64,000 nt of DNA from Malacoraja senta. Its lineage: Eukaryota. The stretch covers positions 20,088,001 through 20,152,000 of the forward strand of contig CM075987.1 in assembly GCA_038087875.1 (NCBI GenBank), read 5' to 3'. Under the pieces are notes generated by a model. That model worked only from the letters and a program-made list of their open reading frames with translations, was not told the DNA's origin and did no database searches. Positions 1-12,600 of this stretch are shown here, piece after piece. How positions within the stretch are numbered: position 1 is the stretch's first letter; each line of letters starts with the position of its first letter. Position numbers and translations under genes: made by a program.

Positions 1-824
1 ACTATTAGACTTTTGTATTAACTATATAACTATATAAATTGAACTATAAGACTTCTTACAATTTATACCTATGCATAAAATATTAATAGTTTTTCAACAT
101 AGATATTTGAATCTTTTTACACATCCATAACTCAACAAGAAAACAGCTGTTCCTGACTTTGTTTGATCCAAAGTGGACAATTTTGCATCACTCCACACTG
201 AACCCATTTGTCATAATTCGCATATTTTCTCTTATTTATGTATTTTCATAATTTTATCCTCCTGTCTACATAATTTACTGTGCGTCCTAACATAGTGCTC
301 ATGTGCAAACTTCCTTTATCTTAGTCAATAGCTTTGATTTAAAAAAAGCTAATGTTCCTGCATAGACTTTATGGAAATGCTTTTAGTTACATTCCCAGCA
401 AACAAAGAATGAACTGATCAATCTTGCTCTGAGCTTTCTATCAACAATTGCTTATCTATTCACATATTTACCTACAATTCTAAGTACTTACAGTTTTGCT
501 GATAATCTCTAGTGTGGAATCTTAACAGGTACTTTCTCAAAGTCCATTTGACAACATCCATGAACACTAACCAGAAAAAACAAAACCATAACATAGCCCA
601 CTACAATAGCCCAGAAAATATGCTAGACTTGTGCCACTGTGTCCCAAAGGTGGTGGGTTATTGTAGTTTACTGTACAAGCCATTAATGTCATGCAGATGA
701 GATGTATAGGTAGTTGCCTCTTGCACCTATACTCTATGTTCACAAAGCAACACAATCAGGAACTCGTAGCAATAAAGCACTAATGAACTAAACATGTATT
801 AAGTCTGAGAAAACAGTATTAGTT

Positions 825-1020
825 GCGCAACAGTCTGTGTTGCAACCTCACAATTCCAGTAATCCAGGCACAAACCTGACATCTGGTGCTGTCAGTGTGA
901 AGTTTGCTTGTTCTCCTTGTTATCATGTGGGTTTCCTCTGGGTGCAACAGGGTTTCATCCCACGTCCTAATGATGTGCTGATAGCTTCACTGTCCACCAT
1001 ATATTAACCCTCGTGTAGGT
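825..1020 (+). mobile_element. Degenerate HE1-like V-SINE
   Basis: V-SINE core-like 'gtgaagtttgcttgttctccttg...gtgggtttcctctgggtgc'. Confidence 0.6.
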
Positions 1021-1227
1021 ATTTGGCAGCAGAATTTTGAGAGAAAAGGGACCCAGTGCCGGGGAGTTGATGGTCATGGGAGAGAGAATAGTTTAGAGAA
1101 AAAACCTGGGGCATTGGACTGAGAGCTACATAGAATCAATGTATCTAACAACCCATAAGAAAAGAAAATATGAAATACAAATAAAATGCTAACAATTCAT
1201 AGAATGAATGCACACAGTATTTTCAAG

Positions 1228-1510
1228 AACTAGAGGGCATAGCTTATGAGAGGGGAAAGATATAACTGGAACCTGAAAGGCAACCCTTTCACACAGAAGG
1301 TGGTAAACAGATGGAACCCGCTGCCAAAGAAGATCGAGCAGATGCAATGACAACATTCAAAAGTAGTTTGGACAGGTACATGCATAGGAAAGATATAGAG
1401 GGATTTGGGACAAATATGGGCAAATGTGACTAGTCAAGATAGGGGTATCTTGGTCGGCATGGATATGTTGGGCCAAAGGGCCTATTTCCGTGCTGTATGA
1501 CTATGACTAA
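1228..1510 (+). mobile_element. CR1/HER1 LINE 3' end
   Basis: 'actagagggcatagc...ttcacacagaaggtggt' and tail 'gggccaaagggcctatttccgtgctgtatgactatgact'. Confidence 0.8.
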
Positions 1511-1873
1511 TACAAACGCTGCAAATTTCATGACACCCACTGAGGAGTAAAATGCTACATGCTATTGTACAATGATAGGACCTCCATACACTGCAGCTTA
1601 CAGAGCTTTAACCTCAGCTGAAATATACTTCTCACATGTACTTCTTGCTAACTCTGACTATGAACTCAACTCACTCCCACAATTACGAGAAGGGTGTACA
1701 CAGGCTGCTGTGTCTGTGTCTGCTGTTCCTATACAGCTGTTTTTTTATCATTAAATATGACTTACTTTTATCTTTAGATGATTTTTAACATAACTCACCC
1801 TGTCAATCGCTCAATGAGACCCCATACACTCAAAAATCCACTTATCCTTCCAAATTGTTAAAGTTTACACTAA

Positions 1874-2579
1874 TGGGCCTGTCCCACTTAGGCGATTTGT
1901 CAGGCGACTGTCAAGTCGTAGCAGGTCGCTAAAAAAAAGGCAACTGGAACGGCGACTGTCAGAGTGGAACATACACACGCATACACATATCGCTTCCTTC
2001 ACCAGCCAGTTATGCAGGCGGGGGACCGTGCAAGCGGGGGAGCGCTGTCTGAGTGAAATTCACACGGTGAAAGCCAATGTGATACAGACACACACCACGA
2101 TGAACAGGAAGGTTGGTGCTGTAATTAAGACAATGAAAGCACAGTGTACGGGAAGGGTCCTTTAAAAGAGGGGGGAGAAGGAGCGGAGACAACCTTTAAG
2201 AAGCCAGAGATACACGGCTGTGAAGCTCGGCAGATATTAACATTACCGGTCGGTTATCCTTGGTTCTGAAACTACTGTTTAAGTTTTTTTTCCCAATGAA
2301 CCAATGAAATTCACCGGTCAGCACCAGCGGCAACCTACGACAACCTATGACAACCAACGGCCTCCTGGCAACCCACTACCACTGCACCTATGTCACGAGA
2401 ATTCTCGCTACTCTCCATGGCATCAAAATTCTGTTTGCCGATAATTTTTCAACTAGTTACGAGAATGCGGGAACTACTCACCACCATGCAGGCGACACCC
2501 CGGCAACCTCCGGCGGACATGTGGCGACCTTATAGTCTCCTGTAGTCGCTTAAAAAGTTGCGTATGTGGGACAGGCCCA
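1874..2579. mobile_element. PIF/Harbinger-type non-autonomous DNA transposon (MITE)
   Basis: 14-bp perfect TIR TGGGCCTGTCCCAC/GTGGGACAGGCCCA, TAA TSD at 1871-1873 and 2580-2582; CpG-rich interior, no transposase. Confidence 0.85.
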
Positions 2580-3561
2580 TAAACCTTCCTTATTTAATAC
2601 AAAAATCATAGCAATTACATATTGATTTATACAAGCTGTGATTTGATTACACTATCATCCTGTTACTACTATACCTTCATAAACTGTTCAATCTAGAAAC
2701 ATTTGATGCTTCATATTCAACATTAGCATGCCAAAAGTGCTTTGGTGGTGAAAAGTCTAAGCTTGTCAGCAATGTATAATTTGTGAATGGGTTTGATTTT
2801 CATGATAGTTCTAATATTTATCACTTTCAAAGATATGTGACAGAACCAGATCTATTGGCGCAATCTTTGCTAAGTATGGGTTGACCTGCAAATCTTTGTC
2901 CATAGTTACTTCTTAGAGGTTTGAATTCCCCTCTGGATGGCACTAGATTTAAAACTACATTGGAATGGGTGAAATGACCTACAGCCCATTACATCTTTAA
3001 GAGCAGTCTTTTGAGGTCAGCAATGTGCGTTGTCTCTTTGCTGCTAACTACAAACTCTGTACCATTGTTTATCTCCATAAAACAGTGAATTTCTAGACAA
3101 CGAGTGCTGATAAAGTTAGAACTCTAGCGGTCTTGAGTATTCCATGACTGGACTGCTTAAAATCAGAGGGAAAGCAGAGGTTTATTTTATATGAAGGCAT
3201 CCCATGTGTAATGTTGATAATAACAATGTAGTTTTGAAATTTTTTTATGTCATACAAAGTTTCCTCATGATACATTTGAAATGGCAAATCAAGAATTTGT
3301 TCCATGTTTATCAAATAACATAATTTTAACTAAATAAGTTTCAATAGCATGGGTGTACTTACAGGCAAGTTGATCATGTGAAATTTGTCAAAGCATGCCC
3401 AACGAGTTGTTTGTGTTTTTTGCTGACTAATAAGACAATTTGTACAAAACCTGTATATTAATTATTGTGATTTGAATGATACAATGATTGAATGATACAA
3501 AGGGATTTGAGATGTAGAGTTTGTGAATTAATGCAAAATTTTCAAATTTTCTGACCTACAG

Positions 3562-3615
3562 GGTGCAATTGGTCCAGCTGGAGTTGCAGGTGAACAAGGA
3601 CTCATGGGCCAAAGG
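3562..3615 (+). CDS. COL27A1: Collagen exon W1 (54 bp) [18 protein letters not shown]
   Basis: ctacag|GGT...AGG|gtgagt; 6 Gly-X-Y triplets. Confidence 0.95.
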
Positions 3616-6600
3616 GTGAGTTATTGATTGTGTGACATTTCATTTCTCTTTGCGTTCCTAATATGAAAACGTATTCCAAAAACATTCTTCCCGAGTGTCA
3701 TGGAGGAGGCTGGCAGGAATGAAAATCTCCATATTCCATCCTAAATTGTTGTTCTCCTTTGTAGCGAACAGGTGCTGTAATAACCAACATAACACAAAGG
3801 TGCCTGGAAATACCAGCATCTACTTTATCATGCTGGTATGATCTGCCCTTGTGTAACTTAGTAAAAACACACATACATAGCTTAAATGTTTAAAAAAGAA
3901 CTGCAGATGCTGGTAAAATCGAAGGTAGACAAAAATGCTGGAGAAACTCAGCGGGTGAGGCAGCATCTATGGAGAGAAGGAATAGGCAATGTTTCGGGTC
4001 GAGACCCTTCTTCAGACTGATATACAAACAAATAAAGGTAGAAATATTACTATGCGTTTATTTTTTTGAAAAATTTACAAGGGTTACTTGACCCATGTAC
4101 TTCTGCAATATTTGATAATGTATATTGTCAGAGTGCTGGTAATGTGGAAATGGAGGTTATCATTATGTTTTGCAATCAGTCATAACTTGTCACTTAATGG
4201 TTTTCCAAAGTAGTCACAGATAGTTCAGGTAATTCCGGTGGAGAAAATCAACAAAACTGCAGATGCTGGAAATGGAAATACTCAGCAAGTGAGGCCACAA
4301 CTGTGGAACAGAAACAGAGTTAAAATTTCCATTCAAAGACCCTTTGTCAGAACTGGAAGGAGAAAAAATAAGCTTGTTAAGTTGTGTGTGGGGGGTAGGT
4401 TAATGTATCTGACAGGGCAAAACCTGATTGAGAGTGAGAACAACGACAAAAGGACATAGATAAAAGAAAGTAGCAGTTCCCTTTTCCTTCCTTTTTTTTC
4501 TCAGTCCTAAGGCAGGCAAATGGTAATTGTTTTTATGGGCAAAAAGGTTTGCATGGACATGGTGATCATGAGCTGTACCACTCTATGAATCTGCTTCAGA
4601 AGTGGTGCAAGTGCCCAGCCAGACCTGGACATGTCTTTCTGCTTTCCACTTGCATCTCCTACATTGCCTGGCTAAAATCTTTTGTCCATGGTCTCACACT
4701 CTAACTGCTCCCATTCACTCATTGACCAGATAATCTTGTTGATAGTTTATTCCATGGTCACCCCTGTTTTACCCTGTCAGAGAAATCCCCATCTCCCAAC
4801 ATCCCCGCAGTTTAACAATCTTCAGAAACACACCAAATTATTTATTTTCTGTCCTGATACAGGGTCGACCATTCCTTTCTATCCACACATGCTGGTCAAC
4901 CCAGCGGTCGGAGGGGAGAGTGGACGCTGGCGTTAAATTGCCGCTGCTCTCTCCTCAAATTGTGCTTCTGATTTTCTTTTTTTTGTGTTTTTGGAAGGAA
5001 TTCTGTCCCTGATTTATGTATTGGTCTTTATAACCTATTTTTTTTTAATTCTGATTATATGTTTTCTATAAATCTCTGTATGGTGTCCTTGAGACCTCAG
5101 TATAAGGCGCCCGTAAATAAAATCCATTATTATTATTATTAACCCACTGGGTTCCTCCAGCAGGTTGTTGGCTGCTAAAGATTCCAGCACCTGCAGTCTC
5201 TCGTGTCTCCTTTTTATTTTCTGTTATGCTGACCAACCATTAAATTACCATTTAAGAAATTGATTGTTTTCTTTAGTAATCCATCCATGTTCTTTGCAAG
5301 ATAATCCTGTAGTCTGATTGCATCAAGTGTCTGTAATCACTTCTCCATTCCAATACATTCCAATACCCTTTCAAATCAATATTTCTCCCCCGCCCTATAG
5401 TTCCAGACAGCAGCTCTATAAAACTCAGTGCTTCCCAAACACCAATCGATACATTATGTTTTACACAAGCATACACATATCACAAAATGAGTTTGCTTCA
5501 TTGAGTGACCTTGTAAATTAGGAGTTCCCCTGTTAAATCCTGCAACATCATTGGTCTTTGTAGGCACGTAATTTAAGACATCTTTGGGACCATCAAACCT
5601 TACCATTCTCTATTCTGATTGCAGCACCCGATTCTTCTTATGGTCAGTCTCTAACTTTATCAGGGTCTGTGGTGAGATTATGTAAATAGAATGCATTAAC
5701 TGTATAATTATTATTAATTTAATGTTACAGATTATGCTTTGAGATAATTTTTACTCCATAATGACCAGACAAAAGTGACATCTTCAGTAATCTTTTTTTT
5801 TATTTGCAAAGGGTGAGCCTGGTCTGGTTGGTGACGATGGACCCATAGGAATTGATGGGGTCAAGGTAAGTATTTCAAGCATGAAAATACACAAGCATGA
5901 TATCAATGGAACTGAAATCTGAATAGAGCAGCTGAAGATCACACAGGCATGAATTTATCTTCAGCATCCAAGACATTTTAATTTAATATATGCATAGCAT
6001 ATTTTAAATTAACATTTTTTTATATGTCTGCACATACTTAAGTAAATTTTGAAAATATTAATTTCTCCAATTTGGCTATTTCAAAGCAGGGGAGAACATT
6101 TTTTTGATGGGCTGTTACTGTTCTTGCCTTCATATTATTTTGCCAGAGACAATATCTAATGCATTACTCATAGATATGGTCATGTTGTTTATTTGAGCAT
6201 TAAAGTTAGACTTCCAGTAAGGTTGCATAAATTGCGATATAGCTGAAATTACAGATCTTGCAATATCTGGCCTCTAGTGCAATGGGCCAGGTTGTGCAAC
6301 TCACTCCCCATCTGCTTCTTGATCAATAACTGTGAGCTCTGACCTCTCTCTTGCCAGCACTACTAACTACTACAATTACCTATCTCAAAGCCACCAGTTT
6401 CAGCAATAGACCTAGAAATGAACTCAATCATGTCTAACGATGAACATGTATTGAACATACATTACGTACACTAAGATAAAACATTCTACAGTATTAGTTC
6501 AACGGCATGATTTAAAGGATTTTAAAAATATATAAAACGTGTAGTTTAAACTGTTTTATCATCCAGAAACAAATGTGCCTACTTAATTTTGCAGATGATT

Positions 6601-9600
6601 TCAATTAATAAAATACATATTTTATTTGTTTAATCCAGTCAACCCAGTCAAATCTTTTTTGAAGTTCATCCCACAAATTAGGTGGTGCCTTAACTGACAG
6701 ACCAGTACTGTACTGTACTGAGAAAGTACCACATTGTCAAAGGTGTTGTCTTTTATGTGAGATGTTAGGTCACACTGCTCTCTGCCCTCTCAGTAAGGTA
6801 TGTCTGATATCTGATAATAGTTCCTTAGCTGACTTTTAAATTGAATGGAGTCAGAGTCCCGAAGCAGTGTCTCCACTGGAAACGTCAACCATCTCACTGC
6901 CCCCACACATGCTGCCTGACCCACTGGGCTCCTCCAACAGCTTGTTAAATAAATGATCAGACCATTAATTTTAATCTTGTTGTGTGTTTATGGTATGTGC
7001 AAGGCGGTTGTCGTTGCCAGATGTATTCCATTGACTAAAACTCGATTTGAACTTCAGAAGTTCATAAAATGCTGAATAGAATTTTCTTTTATACACAAAC
7101 TCATATATTTGCAGAATTTTGTGTTTGCAATTTTTGAAAGTGGCATTTTAAAAAGGGAGAGCTGCATCTTTCCTTAAAATTAATAAGATGAGAATTTTCA
7201 TGGAGTGAGTACGAAAGTCCCTTTTGAAATGTTTCCACAAGGAAGATAAAAACTACTCATGTTTTCTGTGGACAAGGTTTTATGATACTATTTAAAATGA
7301 ACATTTTCTGCAAAAAATAAAAATTGATTACTACATAATGAACACTAATAATGAAGTAAAATTAAAACCCTTAGCATTGAAGACACACTATGGCATCAAG
7401 AGCAGAACGTTGCCTCAGGAGAAAAACTAGGAGTAATAGTGACCAGTTATCTTTCAGACTGATGCATGGTGTAATAATGTTCACCAAAAATGATGTGGTA
7501 GGAGTATTGGTCTTTCAACATAGCGTCAGTGATTTGAATTTGTCCCAGGCAATGAACGGGTTCCATGATACAGACATCTATAAGTGGATTTTGACAACAG
7601 TGACCATGTGGGTTTCCTCTGGGTGCTCCAGTTTCCTCCTGCATCCCAAAGATGTGCAGGTTTATTGGTTAATTGGCATCTGTCAAATTGCCCTTAATCT
7701 GTAGGGAGTAGATGAGAGTGGGATAACATGGAACTAGTGTGACCAGGTGATCGAAGTTCGGTGTGGCTCAGTGGCTCGAAGGGCCTGTTTCCATGCTGTG
7801 TCTCTAAAATGAAAACTAACGTCAGAAAATACACATAAATCGCTCTATTATGATAATAACACCTGCACAGTATTATAATGAATGACATCAAAAGCACGTG
7901 ACTGATAAGAAAGAACAAGTTCTGAAAATGGAGAGAGAGAAAATTAGTTTTGTTGTTCATCGAGTGAGGCTGAAAGTCTAAAATATCAAGAAAAAAAGTC
8001 ATAAGTTAAAAGTTGTGAGAGATTTAAAACAGCCTTGGGTGAGGGTTTAAAGCAGGGAGAGATTGGGATGATGGTTTAAAGCAGAGACAGGGTGGGGTGA
8101 GTACTTGAAGCAATAAGGTCGCATAAATGAGTTAAAGTGGCAAGAAAGCAAGCAGAGACTTTAGAACAGTGACTGGCACTCTTAAACAAAGGGCAAATAA
8201 TTGAAAAGTACTTTTAGCCCAAAAGATAAAATATTGATCATAATTTATAGATTATAATGTTTTAATATTTGGGTCGCAAAATAGATCAAGAAATATAAGA
8301 ATCAATTTCTCTGGGTAATCTCATCTCATTACTAGCATTAGACATCATATCGTATGGCTAGAAATTTAACCTTAAATTATCAGGCTTAACTATACAAAAA
8401 GTGAAGACAAGCATCTGTCTTGTGGTTGGGAAATTGTTAGAAAATGAGTTTGTACTTCAATATATCAAAATATTACAATGCAGTTAAGGTATGCCCAGTA
8501 CTATAGTCCCATCTTGCAAGTATAGCTTGTATGGTAAGGAAAAATGTCTTCACTTGGTAAGTTGTAAACTTTGCAATTCTCTGTCTCAGTGGTTGATGAA
8601 TGCTCAATCATGAATTATATTTCAGGCCAAGATTGTTGACACTCATGGAGTCAAGTGTTATCAAAATCAGTTTGAATGCTGGACTTGATGTACAAGATCT
8701 CTAGGAACAGTGGACTGGACTCAAGAAGCTTGTTATGTTTTTAGAAATTTTAAAAACAGACAATAAATAAGCAAATGCATGGCAGGTGAAATTTCATCCA
8801 GGATACTTTGAAGTGTGTGTGTTGGTGGAAAGAATGAAGAGAGGATAAAAAGATGCAATTTTAATAGATTTACAGGAACCCAGACGTGAACGTGCACAAA
8901 TCTCTGAGAATAGCAGGGCAAGTTTAAAAGGCAAAAACTTGATAAAAATGCTGCTAAATACCACTGCTGAACAGGAAAACGAAAGGAAAAAAATGGGATT
9001 AATTGATAACTGTCAAAGACTTGGCCCAAGCATAATGGGTGGAATGGCCTAATTTGCATTAATTCCATGTAAATATGAAAGAATGATCAGTAGTTCCAGT
9101 AAATTAATTTATCTGTAACATGAAGTACTATTAATGGTCTTGTTAGAGTGTTTGTAAATTTGACTGGTGTGATTTTAAACAACATCATTTGTCCTAATCT
9201 AATGAGTATCTCAAAAATAAATGACAACTTTTTCAAAACCACTGAATGTCATCAAAAATGTATTCTGTTTCAAAATATTCATATCTATCTCTAACTGTTC
9301 CTAATTGAATACGGCACTTTATAGTCTTTAGACTTTAGAGATACAACGCAGAAACTGGCCCTTCGACCCACCGATTCCGCGCCAACCAGCGATCACCCTA
9401 TACCCTAACCCACACTCATTAAGGACAATTTTACAACTTACCAAAGCCAATTAACTTACAAGCCTGGTACGTCTTTAGAGTGTGGGAAGAAACCGGAGCA
9501 CCCGGTGAAAACCTACACGGTCACTACTCCGTACAGACAGCACCCATAATCAGGATCGAAGCCAGGTCTGTGGCGCTGTAAGGCGGCAACTCTACCGCTG

Positions 9601-12600
9601 CACCATTGTGCCACTCCTCAAGTGCCTCAGCACAGCATGTGCTTCTTAACTTATTTAATGACCACCTAATTTCTCTGTTATTGCTTTTTAACATTGGGCC
9701 ACAGCATATAGATGACTAACTGGTGAGTCCATGGGAATCGCCTCTTTGCTCTAACCTGCCGCATCTAGAGTAGTCCTTTATTTGAATAGGGTCAATGGCC
9801 TTCACACTTGTAGGTATGTTTTTCATTTATTTTTATATAATATTTGCTGAATTCTGTAATGCCATGCTGCTAATATAACTTGGTTTAAAGGCAACATATC
9901 TTGCTGGTCCTACAACATATCTTGCTGGTCCTATTGTGACTGAATGAGCTACATCTGACTGAACACCTTAATTTTTTTCTCCCGTTAGGGTGACAAAGGA
10001 GACCCAGGGACAGAAGGGGATAAAGGAGAGAAGGGGACAGAAGGATTAAAAGGAAAAGAAGGACCACCAGGAGTACCAGGAATCACGGGAGTACAAGTAA
10101 GAATTATTTCTAATGATTTCTACAGAAAGTGGTGTGACTGGAGATAACAATTTACAAGAAGTAACAGTGATGTATCTTGCAACAGAAGAATATTATTGCA
10201 TGGGAAGATTTAAACCAATAATTATTTGCTGATCAAGATCCACTAACTTCATAATATCAAGGTATCCACAGTTACCAATAATGTTAAGTAATTAGCTCTG
10301 GTGCAAAGTGCAGTTGTACAGTTAGGTTTGTAATATTAGAACTATAAAGCAAAAAAAGTGCAGAAGTTGGAAATTTGAAATATAAATAGAAAATTCGAGA
10401 AATACTCAAACAGATCAGGCAAAATCTATAAAGAGAGAAACATAATTGGCAGAAAAATCTAGTTCTGATGAAAGGTCATTGATTAAATCATTAACTGTTC
10501 AGTTTTACATTCTGCACAGAATTCCAGCGAGACCTGCTATTTCCATTTTATCAAAACATAACTTGCAAGGAAAGTGTTCTTATACAAAGATATTTTGTGT
10601 TACTCCTGTTCAAAAGGTAGATTTAAGAATGAAACATCCCATCAATGACATCGTTTTTCACCAACACGAGGAAATTGCCATCTCGCTTAAGTCTGCATGA
10701 CTTCTGCCGCCATTTGTTGCTGAACAACCTTGGTGTTTCATTGTGCTACCAATCCTTCCTGATCTAGTCTCAGAAATAAATAACAGATTGTTCATTGTTC
10801 AGGTAATTAATTGCATCATGAGTTATGTTGTGATGGATGAAGTGGAAATGTAATTGAGCAGCTCACTTTGTCACTGAATTATTTCACTGGTTACGTTATA
10901 ATGGAATGCTTAGATAATTCTGATATTCTATCTGTAAAATCTTGGAAATGAATTTTATTTTCTTGAGTCATTCATCTCATGGGGAGAAATAATAGTATCT
11001 AATTTATTAATTCATCTAGTTCATAAAATATATTTATTAGATTTTATAGATAGAATAACAGAATCAGCTAGATGGTATAGCTTTCGTTTAGAGGGCATAG
11101 CTTTAAGATGAAAGTTTAAAGGAGATGTGCGGGGCAAATTGTTTTACACAGAGGGTGCTGAGTTTCTGGAATGCAATGCCAGGGGTGCTGGTGGTGGAGG
11201 CAAATATGATAGAGGCATTTAAGAGCATTTTGGATAAGCACATGGAAATGCATAAAATTGGAGAGAAATGTATTATGTGCAGGTAGATGACATTAGTTAT
11301 CTTGGCATCATGTTTGGCACTGACGGTGTGGGCTGAAGTGTCCATTCCTGTGCTATACTTTTCTATATACAATGTTCCAGTTCCATTAAAGAAATGGAAA
11401 GTTGATTCCAGCTTTGTTGTCTTCCCACCTTGGGATATAGAAATTGGTTTTCATGGTGGTTATTTTCTCTCTAAGAGTCTGGGTTGTCTTTCAATGAACC
11501 ACTTCTATATAACTTAAATAGAATTACAGTACAGGTAGTTATGCTCTGATGTGGTATTTGCATTGCGAAGAAACTTTGTGTTAACGAAAGTCACAAATCA
11601 ATTCAGTTCAGTGTCAGTGGGGAAATGGGGTTTCAGATCTTAAGAGTTTCAAACTTGTAATAACAAAATAACTTTTCCTGGAGGATTTTCAAAGGTCTTT
11701 TCAATAGCAATAAGTTTATTTTTGTGCAAGGTAAAAATACTACAGGCTGTATTAATGGAGTATCCTTGCCCAAATATCAATAAAAACGATTGCATGTCAA
11801 TTTCAATGGCCTCCTGTGGTGAAACTGACAGTGTGTTCTTAAGAGACAATAGAGTCTGATTACCTTGGGAGATTACCTGGAAACAGGTTGTTTGTCCTTT
11901 ATGCCATTTAAATTTGAGACCACTTTTATTGTCTGTTTGACTATTTACAAAGTGGTTCTCTATTTTCTAATCTAAATCATGTTGTAACTAATGCATGTAT
12001 TGCAAATAACACCTCTAATTCATAATTCCCATTATATACAATGTGTGTTGTGGAGACGTGTTACCTTTTAAATTAAAGAATTATAGCTCATTAAACCATA
12101 TTGCACTTTTGAAGTTGCAATTTAGAAAAGGTGTGCTGTTTAATTGTCAGATGGTACGGTAACCTGTTTTCTTTTCACTCTTCCAAAGTATGCAAGGTTT
12201 GATATCTTAGTGAATATTGTTGCTACTTCTTTGCTGAATAACAAACCTGATGTGTTCATTTATGGCAATGGATCTGGCAAAGTTTTTCTTACACTGCTTC
12301 CTGGCATCTTAATTAATATTCTCAAAGGAATTGCATGATGGAACTTGCTGACATCTTTATCTGTGGTTTGCAACTGCTTTGAGGTGTCATTTGAAACTGT
12401 TCAGGAACACTATGAAGTCCTTGTTGTAAAGAATGACTTATTCAAGAGAGATCATGTTGTTGTTTTTTGCAGATTAAGTTAAAATGCTGCAGTAAACTAT
12501 AAACAAGGGGTATTTCATCCCAAATGACATTTGTGCATAATATTTGTAGATTTAGGAAGTTGTAGAGCAGCAAATTTAAGAACCAGGTGCCCAACATCTG

